From: an uncultured Candidatus Binatia bacterium
Lineage (GTDB): Bacteria > Desulfobacterota > Binatia > UBA9968 > JAJDTQ01
Assembly: GCA_965213675.1 (NCBI GenBank)
Contig: OZ243916.1
Coordinates: forward strand, 2,912,001-2,976,000
Length of the DNA stretch: 64,000 nucleotides
Direction of reading: 5' to 3'
Under the pieces are notes generated by a model. It ran no database searches and was not told the origin of the DNA. It was given only the letters and a program-made list of their open reading frames with translations. Each line of letters starts with the position of its first letter. The first letter of the stretch is position 1. The translations under genes were made by a program, and so were the position numbers. Of this stretch, positions 46,155 through 55,363 are shown piece by piece.

Positions 46155-46691
46155 ATGCGACGATTTCAAACCAGGACGCGGGCCTTGGCGGTGGCGTTGC
46201 TGCTGGCCGTTGCGCTCTTGGCGGCGGCCGGGAACGCGGCGGCTTCGCTGGTGGGCAGGCAGGCGCCGGAGTTCACCAACGATACCTGGATCCACACGGA
46301 GGGGGCGGCGCTGCGGCTGAAGGACCTGCGTGGGAAAGTGGTCCTCATCGAGTTCTGGACCTACGGCTGATACAACTGTGTCAACACACTCCCATCGTTG
46401 GTGGGATGGCACAAGGAATACGGCCCCCGGGGCCTCGTCGTCGTGGGAATCCACTCGCCGGAGTTTTCCCACGAACACTCGCTGGAAAACGTCAGGAACG
46501 CCTGCAAGGAACTGGGCATCGAGTTCCCGGTGGCGCAGGACAACGACTTCGCCACCTGGAAACGCTACGGCACACGCTACTGGCCCACGATCCACATCAT
46601 CGACAAGAAAGGCGTGATCCAGTACACGCGCTTCGGCGAGGGCGGCTACGACGAGATGGAAGGGATCATCCAGCGGTTGCTGGCCGAGTAG
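46155..46691 (+). CDS. Exported TlpA/DipZ-like thioredoxin (redoxin), predicted selenoprotein (UGA at 46368 read as Sec; U-Y-N-C active site)
   Basis: ORFs 46155..46370 and 46398..46691 are in one frame: LRGKVVLIEFWTYG-TGA-YNCVNTLP...GLVVVGIHSPEF...VAQDNDFATW...YWPT...GEGGY; the TGA aligns with the first Cys of the family WTYxCxNC motif. Confidence 0.88.
46377..46413 (+). other. Candidate bacterial SECIS hairpin
   Basis: Lower stem TGTGTCA/TGGCACA, bulge ACACAC, upper stem TCCCATC/GGTGGGA, apical loop GTT starting 26 nt after the UGA. Confidence 0.65.
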
Positions 46692-46945
46692 ACGCTGGCC
46701 CTGTCAAGATGGGTCACGGTGTCGCGGTATTGGGGCGGGCTCTTTGCGGTGAACCCTTCGAACAGGCCTTCCATCCGGGCCATGCGCTGGCGCACGTCTG
46801 ATACGTCCCGCCGCAACTCGCCGATGGCTGCGTTCGGTTCCTGCTGGCCGTTGCGAATCACACGGTGCAGCGTGATTCCTGTGCCAAATATGGCGACCCT
46901 GAGCATGGCGACCCTGACCGCAACAAGACCGATCACGGGTTCCAT
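46646..46945 (-). CDS. Small hypothetical membrane-anchored coiled-coil protein (possibly degenerate)
   Basis: Hydrophobic N-terminus then IGELRRDVSDVRQRMARMEGLFEGF; overlaps the redoxin 3' end. Confidence 0.45.
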   Translation of the reverse strand: MEPVIGLVAVRVAMLRVAIFGTGITLHRVIRNGQQEPNAAIGELRRDVSDVRQRMARMEGLFEGFTAKSPPQYRDTVTHLDRASVYSASNRWMIPSISS

Positions 46946-46977
46946 GATTTGAACTTTACGTCACGGATCGCGTGGTT

Positions 46978-47625
46978 TCAGCCCGCAGCCGGGCAGCTTA
47001 CCCCGGTGCCGCCCAAGCCGCAGTAGCCCCAGGGGTTCTTGGCGAGGTACTGCTGGTGATAGTCCTCGGCGAAGTAGAAATCGCCGGCGTCCAGGATTTC
47101 GGTGGTGATGGCGCCGTAGCCGGCCTTGGACATTTCTTCTTGATAGCGCTCGCGTGATGCTTCGGCGGCCTGCTTCTGGGCGTCGCCGTGCGTATAAATC
47201 CCGGAGCGGTACTGCGTGCCCACATCGTTGCCTTGGCGCATGCCCTGGGTGGGGTCGTGGGCTTCCCAGAACACCCTGAGCAGGGAGCTGTAGGTCACCA
47301 CCTTGGGATCGAACACCGCCAGCACTACCTCGTTGTGCCCGGTCCTGCCGGTGCACACCTCCTCGTAGCTGGGATTCGGCGTCAAGCCGCCGGCGTATCC
47401 CACGGCCGTGGTGTAGACTCCGTCGAGCTGCCAGAAACAACGCTCCGCGCCCCAGAAACAGCCCAGTCCGAACACCGCCTGCTCCATGCCCTCGGGATAC
47501 GGCGGCTCCAGCGGATGGCCGTTCACGAAATGCGTTTCCGGCACGGGCATCTTGTCCTGCCTTCCGGGCAGTGCCCTGGCCGCGTCCGGCATCTTCGTCT
47601 TCTTGCCCAGCAAGCCCCAAAGCAT
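46978..47625 (-). CDS. msrA: Peptide-methionine (S)-S-oxide reductase
   Basis: [72 protein letters not shown]. Confidence 0.98.
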   Translation of the reverse strand: MLWGLLGKKTKMPDAARALPGRQDKMPVPETHFVNGHPLEPPYPEGMEQAVFGLGCFWGAERCFWQLDGVYTTAVGYAGGLTPNPSYEEVCTGRTGHNEVVLAVFDPKVVTYSSLLRVFWEAHDPTQGMRQGNDVGTQYRSGIYTHGDAQKQAAEASRERYQEEMSKAGYGAITTEILDAGDFYFAEDYHQQYLAKNPWGYCGLGGTGVSCPAAG

Positions 47626-47755
47626 CGATTCCTCCTTTCGCAGGAACCGCGCGCATCGCGATTCGCCGCTCTCTTAACCATGCCATGTTGGGGGACGGTT
47701 GCAAGACGGGGCGCGGGGGTCGGACGGAGGCGGGACCCGCCGGGGGGGGGGAGCG

Positions 47756-47794
47756 TGCTGTACCAAACGCCAGTCTAGTTGCGTTTGGTAGCAC
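47756..47794. promoter_or_regulatory. Inverted repeat just upstream of the AAA_14 gene
   Basis: TACCAAACGC-CAGTCTAGTT-GCGTTTGGTA, perfect 10-bp arms. Confidence 0.45.
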
Positions 47795-47816
47795 TATATG
47801 CAAACGTGCTATGCAT

Positions 47817-48950
47817 ATGGTACGGCGAAGCCACTGGATCAGGACCATCGAGGAGCTTTGGGGAACGAAGTCCGTGATCTGGCTCGCAGGCGTCCGCAGA
47901 GCGGGAAAGACATTTCTTTGTCAATCCTTGCCGGATGTCGAGTATCTTGATTGCGAGCTGCCGAGCGTGCGCCGAACGTTGGAGGACCCGGAAGGCTTCC
48001 TCCGGGATGTGGTGGCTCGCAGGGTGATCCTCGACGAGGTCCACCGCCTCCCCAATCCGTCGGAACTCCTGAAGATCGCCGCGGACTACCACCGCGACAC
48101 GAGGATCATCGCAACGGGGTCCTCCTCGCTGGGAGCGTCCCGAAGATTCCGGGACACGCTCACCGACCGGAAGCGCGACCTGTGGCTGACACCCATGTTG
48201 ATGCAGGACGAGCAGGAGTTCGGCGCCCGGGGGCTCGATCACCGTTTCCGGTTCGGCGGTCTTCCGCCGTTCTACCTGGCCGAGGCGGTGCCCGAGGGCG
48301 GCTTTCAGGACTGGATCGATTCCTATTGGGCCAAGGATGTCCAGGAACTGTTCCAGGTGGGGCGTCGCTGGTCCTTCATGCGGTTCGTCGAGCTGATGTT
48401 CGCCCAAAGCGGCGGCATGTTCGAAGCCGCACGGTTGGCGGGTGACTGCGAGGTCAGCCGCACGACCATCACCCACTATCTGCGGATCCTCGAAGACACC
48501 TTCGTCATCCAGGTCATTCGGCCCTACAGCACACGGCGCGCCACCGAGATCGTCGCGGCGCCAAAGGTCTACGGCTTCGACACGGGGTTCGTCAGCCGGT
48601 TCAAAGGGTGGGAGAGTTTGCGCAACGAAGACCGCGGCGCCCTGTGGGAACACTACGTTTTGAACGAGTACCTGGGCCGCCGGCAGAAACGAGACGTGCA
48701 CTACTGGCGCGACAAGCGCGGCCACGAGGTGGACTTCGTCACCCTTCGGCGCGGGATGCCGGTCGCCATCGAATGCAAGTGGCGCGCTGACCGCTTCGAT
48801 CCGCGCAACTTTCACGCGTTCCGCAAGGCGTACCCCGAGGGGGAAAATTTCGTGGTCACTCCCGATACGGAACGGTCCTACACGCGGCGCGACGGGCACG
48901 TCCAGTACCGGTTCGTGGGGCTGGCAGACTTGGTCCGGCGGCTGGCGTAG
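47817..48950 (+). CDS. AAA_14 ATPase with DUF4143 domain
   Basis: GVRRAGKT, ILDEVHR, IATGSS, FGGLP, APKVYGFDTG, GALWEHYV, YWRDKRGHEVDFV, AIECKW. Confidence 0.9.
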   Translation: MVRRSHWIRTIEELWGTKSVIWLAGVRRAGKTFLCQSLPDVEYLDCELPSVRRTLEDPEGFLRDVVARRVILDEVHRLPNPSELLKIAADYHRDTRIIATGSSSLGASRRFRDTLTDRKRDLWLTPMLMQDEQEFGARGLDHRFRFGGLPPFYLAEAVPEGGFQDWIDSYWAKDVQELFQVGRRWSFMRFVELMFAQSGGMFEAARLAGDCEVSRTTITHYLRILEDTFVIQVIRPYSTRRATEIVAAPKVYGFDTGFVSRFKGWESLRNEDRGALWEHYVLNEYLGRRQKRDVHYWRDKRGHEVDFVTLRRGMPVAIECKWRADRFDPRNFHAFRKAYPEGENFVVTPDTERSYTRRDGHVQYRFVGLADLVRRLA

Positions 48951-49026
48951 CCTACGTCACCGGCCCAGGCGGGCCGGCTACAACCTGTTGCTTCCGGGCC
49001 GCTCCGCGCGGTGCTATCCCCTAGTC

Positions 49027-49917
49027 ATGGAAACCGGCATCGCCTATGCGCTGGCGGCGGCGCTGTTCTGGGGCATTTCGCCGGTGCTGGTGAAGCGCGG
49101 GCTCCGGGACGCCAATCTGAGCGGCGCGGTGTTGCTGCAGCAGGCGGGGTCGGTGCTGACCATGCTGGCCATCATGGCGCTCTCGTCGGGCGCGGCGTCC
49201 CTGCGCATGCCTTGGACGGCCGCCGGGGTGTTCGTTTCCGTGGGCCTGGTGGGGAGCTTTCTTGGCCGCACCTTCGTGCTCAAGGGCATCGACGAGATCG
49301 GCGCCTCCAAGGCCAATTCCATCGCCAACTCCGCCCCGCTGCTCACCGCGATCTATGCCATCGTGTTGTTGGGCGAGACCGCCACCGCGGGCATTCTGGT
49401 GGGTGTCGTGCTCATCGTGGGGGGACTGTTGCTGATTACCCGCGGCGGGCCGGACGGCGACCCACGCGGCCCGGTGCCTTTCAAGGCTTTCCTCAATCCG
49501 CTTCTGTCCATCATCTTCTTCGGCTTCGGCCCCATCCTCAAGAAGCTCGCGATCCTCTCCGGCGGCACGCCGATCCCCGGCGCGCTCTTGACGCACCTCA
49601 CCGGCCTGGCGCTGGTGGTCACCTGCGGGCGCTTCCTGCGCATCGACTGGCGCGAGGGAATCCGCATCTCGGCGAAAGGCTACGCCGTTCTGTTACTGTC
49701 GGGAGTCGCCCAAGGGGTGGGATCGGTCCTCACCTATCTCGCCGTAACCCATGCCCCGGCCATCATCGTCGCGCCCGTGTGGAATGTGCAGCCGCTCATC
49801 ACCTTCTCCCTCGCCCGGCTGATCCTGCGCGAAGACGAGACCGTGACACTCAAGGACGGCCTTGCCGCGGTGCTGGTGGTGGCGGGGGTGTTCTTCCTGT
49901 TTCAGGCGCGGGGGTAG
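49027..49917 (+). CDS. DMT/EamA family transporter
   Basis: ALAAALFWG, GIDEIGASKA, VLLGET; about 10 TM helices. Confidence 0.88.
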   Translation: METGIAYALAAALFWGISPVLVKRGLRDANLSGAVLLQQAGSVLTMLAIMALSSGAASLRMPWTAAGVFVSVGLVGSFLGRTFVLKGIDEIGASKANSIANSAPLLTAIYAIVLLGETATAGILVGVVLIVGGLLLITRGGPDGDPRGPVPFKAFLNPLLSIIFFGFGPILKKLAILSGGTPIPGALLTHLTGLALVVTCGRFLRIDWREGIRISAKGYAVLLLSGVAQGVGSVLTYLAVTHAPAIIVAPVWNVQPLITFSLARLILREDETVTLKDGLAAVLVVAGVFFLFQARG

Positions 49918-50024
49918 CCGTCATTCCCGCGAGACCGGATTGGCCGAAACGCCCCAGACACCATACTAGGAGCCTTGTGTTAATCCAATATTGGACTATA
50001 ACTAATTCTGAATTGGAGACACCC

Positions 50025-50462
50025 GTGGCCGTCACACCCGCATATCCCGAGACACGTCATGAAGCACCCGGTTTGGTAGACTTGTCAAATCGCGCTGAAC
50101 GAGCCCGCCTCACCCCCGATGCGGTGCGTGCGTTCTTCAACATCATGGGCTGCTGGAAGATCCGGGACGACGATGCGCGCCGGTTGCTTGGGGGGATCTC
50201 GAACGGCGCCTACTACACGCTCAAGAAGGGATCTCGCCGGCCGCTCGACGAAGACAGGCTGCGGCGGATCTCCTTCTTGGTGGGTATCTTCAAGGCATTG
50301 AACACTCTCTACGGCGACGAGTTGGCCGATCTCTGGGTGCAACGTCCGAACCGGAACCGGATTTTCGGTGGGTTGACTCCGTACGAGTATCTCGCCCGAG
50401 GCGGTTTGCCGGCCTTCGCAACCGTGCGGCAGCTGTTGGATGCGCGGCGGAGCGGCCATTGA
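50025..50462 (+). CDS. Xre/MbcA/ParS antitoxin
   Basis: AVRAFFNIMGCWKI...ARRLLGG...RISFLVGIFKALNTLY...WVQRPN...FGGLTP...VRQLLDARR; GTG start after GGAG. Confidence 0.88.
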   Translation: MAVTPAYPETRHEAPGLVDLSNRAERARLTPDAVRAFFNIMGCWKIRDDDARRLLGGISNGAYYTLKKGSRRPLDEDRLRRISFLVGIFKALNTLYGDELADLWVQRPNRNRIFGGLTPYEYLARGGLPAFATVRQLLDARRSGH

Positions 50463-51151
50463 AGATTCCGGTTCTTTCCCGGCTACGGCAATCCGATACA
50501 CACCGGTTGATTCCGTCGAAGTACAGCGGGAGTGGAGACAACGTCCTGGCCCGCATCGCGGACAGTGACGACCACCTTCGTGGGATCATGGAACTCGATC
50601 TCGCCACCGACGCGCGCCGCATGGCTGAAGCCGGTCGGTTGCCGGGCATCGGCATTGACGAACTCGTCGCCGGCATTCCCCATGCCGGCATCATCAATGC
50701 CGTCTTTACCTACGCCCACCCGCTGGGAAGCCGCTTCAACGGTCCGGGACGCGGTGCTTGGTATGCAGGCGCCGAACTGGCCACGTCACAGGCCGAAGTC
50801 GCATGGCACAAGTGGATCGAGCTTGTGGAGGTCGACTGGCTGGAGGAGAGCGTCACTTACGACGACTATCTCGCGGACTTCGCCGGCGAGTTCCACGACA
50901 TCCGGGGCGACCTTGCCTTCGAAGGTTGCATGGATCCCGACAGCTACATCGAGTCCCAATCACTCGGCGAGACACTTCTCCAACAGGGATCGTCCGGCAT
51001 CGTCTACCCCAGCGTGCGCCGCAAGGGCGGCGTCTGTATGGCCTGTTTCCGGCCCGCCTTGGTGGACAACGTCCGCAAGAGTGCGCGGTACCGGTTTACC
51101 TGGCTCGGGTCGCCGACGCCGGTGATCCGGCTTGAGCAGAGTTACCCGTGA
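50459..51151 (+). CDS. RES-domain toxin (NAD+ phosphorylase family)
   Basis: THRLIPSKY, GSRFNGPGRGAWYA, QAEVAWH, YIESQ, GIVYPSVRR, CFRPALV. Confidence 0.9.
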   Translation: MKIPVLSRLRQSDTHRLIPSKYSGSGDNVLARIADSDDHLRGIMELDLATDARRMAEAGRLPGIGIDELVAGIPHAGIINAVFTYAHPLGSRFNGPGRGAWYAGAELATSQAEVAWHKWIELVEVDWLEESVTYDDYLADFAGEFHDIRGDLAFEGCMDPDSYIESQSLGETLLQQGSSGIVYPSVRRKGGVCMACFRPALVDNVRKSARYRFTWLGSPTPVIRLEQSYP

Positions 51152-51188
51152 TGCGGGCAAAACGGGGCCTGCGGCGCCGGGTGAATGG

Positions 51189-51521
51189 CTACGTCAGCTC
51201 CCCGAACACGGCGATCCAGATGCATGGCGGCATCCGGCTCGTGTAGTCGACGCGGTGGCGTTGATGGGCGGGAATGAGCACGTGGTCGCCGGCGTTGAGT
51301 GGGAGTTTCTCGCCGTTCCCGTATTCCAGTACGGCCTGGCCCTGGATCAGCGCGACCCATTCGTCGCGGTCCTGGTCGTACCATTCCCCGGCGCGCGAGG
51401 TCTGACCGGCAGAGACGATGCGCTCGATCTTCACGCCCCGGTGGGGGATGAGGTCGACGGACTCCTCGTCGTCCGGGAGCGGACGGGGCACGTTGAAGAG
51501 ATTGGCCGGTTTATTCTCCAT
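51189..51521 (-). CDS. Cupin domain protein
   Basis: VKIERIVSAGQTS...WYDQDRDEWVALIQG...GDHVLIPAHQRHRV. Confidence 0.85.
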   Translation of the reverse strand: MENKPANLFNVPRPLPDDEESVDLIPHRGVKIERIVSAGQTSRAGEWYDQDRDEWVALIQGQAVLEYGNGEKLPLNAGDHVLIPAHQRHRVDYTSRMPPCIWIAVFGELT

Positions 51522-51622
51522 CAAGTCCCCTGAACCCGAAAGTCCTGCGGCGCAAGCTCCTGGCGCCCGCCCGCTTCACGAAGAGGGTCGTCGTGGCGAC
51601 ACCACACTAGCCGTGTCCGGCC

Positions 51623-52690
51623 TCAACGTCCGCCGGCCGGCGGACGGAACAGCGCGAACACCTTGTCGGAATTGGAGATCCACGATTCCAGGAAGACGAT
51701 GTCGTCGGGCTTGCGGCCGATCTCCGACATGGCGCCGGCCAGGGCGAACCAGTTGAGCAACTCGTGGTGGCCGCGGTCCTCGGCCTCGGGCAGGCTGGTC
51801 TTGCGCCAGGTTTCCCAGTCGCCATCCCGGAGCGCGGCGAAGTAGCGCTTGTCCGACTCCACGTCGGGATACATGAACGAGTGCTTGGCGGTGAGAAACG
51901 AGTGGGACCAACTCGATGAAGCGATGAGGGCCACGCGCCAGGGGCTGTCCGCGAAGGCGCGGGCGGTGGCGGCGCCGATGTCGAAGCAGCGCCAGGGCTG
52001 GGGGCCAGGCGGGTCGAACCGGTCGGCGATGTTTTGGGCGGCGGAGGGGGTCAGCGGTACGCCCCGGCTGCCCACAAGCTTGCGGCCGTAGGCGTTGACG
52101 GTGAATGGCACCAGCGGGTACGGGAATCCCTGCCGGTCCCAGTCCAGGTACAGGATCGAGTTGATGAAGGCGTGTCCCAAGCCCCGGTGGAGCGGCTTGT
52201 AGGAGTAGGCCACGTCGAAGCCGTTGTCCAGCAGGCTCGACGCCAGGTGCTTGCCGGCCTCCTGGTGCCCGTTGATGGTGAAGACCTTGTCGTCGGGTTC
52301 GTCCCACATGTTGGCGCCACGGCGTGTGTGGGTCCACGGCTGCGATTCCACCGAGTCGTAGGCCAGAATGGAGAACGCGGGCACGCAGTCTTCCTGGTAG
52401 TTTTCGTACTGGTCATCGCCCCACAGGACGCACAGGTCGGGCTGGAATTCGTCCAGGGCGCGGCGGGCGATGCGGAAGCGGTGGATGAGTTCCTGGCGGT
52501 GGGCGTCGGAGTGGCCCTGTCCGTCGTCCGCGCCCCACTGCTCGCGCATGGGCGCGGGCCAGTTCTCCAGGTGGCGCAACCGCTCCGGCAACGCGGGGTC
52601 CTCCAGGCACATCCGGATGCGCCGGGTCATGTTCCCCTGGAATCCGAGTCCGGGGTAGTGCGTGATGCCCAGTCCGAGTATTTCTCCCAT
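51623..52690 (-). CDS. Class III extradiol ring-cleavage dioxygenase (LigB-like)
   Basis: LGITHYP, WGDDQYEN, GLGHAF, ALIASSSWSH, GHHELLNW. Confidence 0.85.
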   Translation of the reverse strand: MGEILGLGITHYPGLGFQGNMTRRIRMCLEDPALPERLRHLENWPAPMREQWGADDGQGHSDAHRQELIHRFRIARRALDEFQPDLCVLWGDDQYENYQEDCVPAFSILAYDSVESQPWTHTRRGANMWDEPDDKVFTINGHQEAGKHLASSLLDNGFDVAYSYKPLHRGLGHAFINSILYLDWDRQGFPYPLVPFTVNAYGRKLVGSRGVPLTPSAAQNIADRFDPPGPQPWRCFDIGAATARAFADSPWRVALIASSSWSHSFLTAKHSFMYPDVESDKRYFAALRDGDWETWRKTSLPEAEDRGHHELLNWFALAGAMSEIGRKPDDIVFLESWISNSDKVFALFRPPAGGR

Positions 52691-52799
52691 GCCCGTGCTC
52701 CCTTCCCTGGATGACCTGCCTGTTCGTCCCGAGTCCGGTCAACCAGGCGTCCTTCGACATCGCGCCGCGAAGCAGGTGGATGCGAACCTGCCGCCGCCC

Positions 52800-53624
52800 T
52801 CACACGGCGATGGTCTGCCCCCCGTCCACCACCAGAGCGTGGCCAGTGACGAAGGAGGCTTCGTCGGACACCAGGAACAGCACGCCGTAGGCCATCTCTT
52901 CGGGCCGCGCCATGCGCAGCAGGGCCTTGTTGCTGTCGGCCATGCGCTTGCGCTGTTCGGGGGTGGCGGCCTGGAGCGACGGCACCGGCGGGTGTCCGCG
53001 AAAGCGCGGGGTCTCGGTGGCGCCCGGACAGATGCAGTTCACGCGGATGCCCTTGGGGCCGTAGTCCAGCGCCATCTGCCGGGTCAGGCTGATCACCGCA
53101 GCCTTGGTGGCGCAGTAGGCCGGATAGTTCGCAGAGGCCAGCAGTCCGAAGGTCGACGCCGTGCTCACGATGTTGCCGCTGCCCTTCTCGATCATGTGGG
53201 GCACCGCCGCCCGGACGCTCCTCTGGATGGCGTTCAGGTTGAGGGCCATGATGAAGTTCCATTCCTCGTCGGTGTGTTCATGGACCTGCTTGCGGATGCC
53301 GCCGCCGGCGTTGTTGTAGAGGATATCCACGCCGCCGTAGGTGTCGATGGCTGTCCGCACCATCTCCTCGGGACCGCCATCCGCGGTCACGTTCACATTC
53401 AGAAAGGTGGCCGCACCGCCCTCGTCGATGATGAGCTGGTCCACCCGCGGCGTCAGGGTCTCCTGGATGTCGCAGCACACGACGCTGGCGCCTTCGCGCG
53501 CGAACAGCCGGGACGTGGCCCGTCCGATGCCGCTGTTGGCCCCGGTAATGATGGCCACTTTGCCCCGTAGCCGCCCCCGCCCCTCCCCCAGCATGGGATG
53601 CTCGTCGTTGTTGGCGTTCGCCAT
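52800..53624 (-). CDS. Short-chain dehydrogenase/reductase
   Basis: TGANSGIG, NNAG, YCATK, IRVNCICPG, VDGG. Confidence 0.95.
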   Translation of the reverse strand: MANANNDEHPMLGEGRGRLRGKVAIITGANSGIGRATSRLFAREGASVVCCDIQETLTPRVDQLIIDEGGAATFLNVNVTADGGPEEMVRTAIDTYGGVDILYNNAGGGIRKQVHEHTDEEWNFIMALNLNAIQRSVRAAVPHMIEKGSGNIVSTASTFGLLASANYPAYCATKAAVISLTRQMALDYGPKGIRVNCICPGATETPRFRGHPPVPSLQAATPEQRKRMADSNKALLRMARPEEMAYGVLFLVSDEASFVTGHALVVDGGQTIAV

Positions 53625-53764
53625 GGTTTGCCTCCTTGATTTGTGCGCCTCGCGGCTCGTTCTCCCTTATCGGATCGACTGGTGATTTCCAAGCGGGTAC
53701 CCTTCGAATCGTTGTCCCGCGCATCAGGCTTTGTGAAAACTCGTGAGGCGGGGACCCGGCGGAT

Positions 53765-53863
53765 CGTCATGCCAGCGGAAGCGGGAATCCAGGGGTGGGA
53801 GAGATCGCGTCGCCGTGGGCCACAACTCCACCCCGCCGGGATTCCCGCTTCCGCTGGAATGAC
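53765..53863. repeat. Family A REP-like element (variant)
   Basis: GTCATGCCAGCGGAAGCGGGAATCC ... GGATTCCCGCTTCCGCTGGAATGAC. Confidence 0.85.
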
Positions 53864-53959
53864 ATAAACACTTATACAAGGTTGGCGCCCGGGATCCGGG
53901 TCTGCGGGTTAACGTCGCCGGCACAATTCGCTACAGTGAAGCCATCGGGGAGGATTGAA

Positions 53960-54844
53960 ATGGACCAAGCGGACGAAAGATTCGTGGATGTGGACGGCGT
54001 TCGCACGCGCTACTTCGAGAAGGGCAGCGGCGAACCGCTGGTGCTGTTCCACGGCGGCAACTTCGGCTCCAACGACGCGGCGGACTGCAGCCTCGACTGG
54101 AATCGCAACTTTGACGCCTTGGCAAAGTGGTTTCACGTCTACGCGGTGGACAAGCTGGGACAGGGGCTGACCGGCAACCCCAAGAGCGACGACGACTACA
54201 CCATGGCCGCCACGGTGCATCACGCCCTCGCCTTCCTGGAGACCCTGAAGCTCGGCAACGTGCACCTGGTGGGGCATTCCCGCGGCGCCTACCTGGTGGC
54301 GCGCATGACGCTGGAACGGGCGGACCTGGTCAAGTCCGTGATCCCGGTGGACACCAACACGCTGGCGCCGGGCGTGGGGCGCAACGACATCGTCTTCGCC
54401 AACGCGCCGCAGCCGCGCCTGAGCCGCGAGAGCCAGCGCTGGGTGTACGAGCGCTACTCCTACGACCACAACCACATCACCGACGACTGGCTCGACGCCT
54501 GCGTGGCCATCGCCCAACTGCCCAAGTACCAGGTGGCGGTGGAGAAGATGGAGATGCAGGGCCTCAAGGTCAACCTCTTCCTGGCCCGGCACGGGCGCCA
54601 GAAGGAAGAGACCCTGGGCTGGATCCGCGACCGCGGCCTGCAGCGCCCCACGCTCCTGGTGTGGGGCTACAACGACCCCACTGCCACCCTCGACCAGGGC
54701 CTGCGCCTCTACGATCTCATGGCCGGCAGCGAGCGCCGCACCCAGATGCACATCATCAACCAGGCCGGCCACTTCTCGTACCGCGAGCACCCCGCGGAGT
54801 TCAACGAGGTGCTGCGCGCGTTCATCGCAAGCCAGTCCGGGTAA
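53960..54844 (+). CDS. Alpha/beta hydrolase (meta-cleavage product hydrolase-like)
   Basis: LFHGG, DKLGQG, GHSRG nucleophile elbow, WGYNDP, AGHF. Confidence 0.9.
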   Translation: MDQADERFVDVDGVRTRYFEKGSGEPLVLFHGGNFGSNDAADCSLDWNRNFDALAKWFHVYAVDKLGQGLTGNPKSDDDYTMAATVHHALAFLETLKLGNVHLVGHSRGAYLVARMTLERADLVKSVIPVDTNTLAPGVGRNDIVFANAPQPRLSRESQRWVYERYSYDHNHITDDWLDACVAIAQLPKYQVAVEKMEMQGLKVNLFLARHGRQKEETLGWIRDRGLQRPTLLVWGYNDPTATLDQGLRLYDLMAGSERRTQMHIINQAGHFSYREHPAEFNEVLRAFIASQSG

Positions 54845-54972
54845 CGGCGGGGCGGTGCCCGGCGCGCCGTTCGAGAAGGCCTCCCGGATGCTTGAAAAGA
54901 CCCGCCGGGGTGAATGGTCACCGTCGAGAACTGGCGTATTGAACACTGATGTCGTGAACAGGAGGGAAACGC

Positions 54973-55314
54973 ATGGGCAAATACATGTTCCACACCACGT
55001 ATACCGGCAAGGGGCTGGTGGGGCTCTTGAAGGAGGGCGGCAGCCGGCGGCGGGCGGCGTTGACCCAGACCATCGAGGGCATGGGCGGCAGCGTGGAGGG
55101 GCTTTACTACGCCTTTGGCGACACCGACCTGTACATCATCGCCGAGCTGCCGGACGATGCCACGGCGTCGGCCGTTTCGCTCCACATCGCCAACGCGGGC
55201 GCCCTCAATATCAAGTGCACGGTGCTGATCACGCCGGAGACCGTGGACGAGGCCGTCAAAAAGAAGGTGCCGTACCGGCCGCCGGGCGCACGGGCAACCC
55301 GCGGCCGGAAGTAG
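54973..55314 (+). CDS. GYD domain protein
   Basis: GLLKEGGSRRR, GGSVEGLYYAFGDTDLYIIAELPD. Confidence 0.85.
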   Translation: MGKYMFHTTYTGKGLVGLLKEGGSRRRAALTQTIEGMGGSVEGLYYAFGDTDLYIIAELPDDATASAVSLHIANAGALNIKCTVLITPETVDEAVKKKVPYRPPGARATRGRK

Positions 55315-55363
55315 GCGCATTCGCGGCGGCACCGGCAGAAGCGGGCGCCGGTGCCTTCCACAC

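Noticed and set aside
46368-46370. Nonsense mutation making the redoxin a pseudogene
   Set aside because: The TGA falls exactly on the catalytic Cys position, the rest of the gene is intact and a SECIS-like hairpin follows, so Sec recoding is more parsimonious though unproven.
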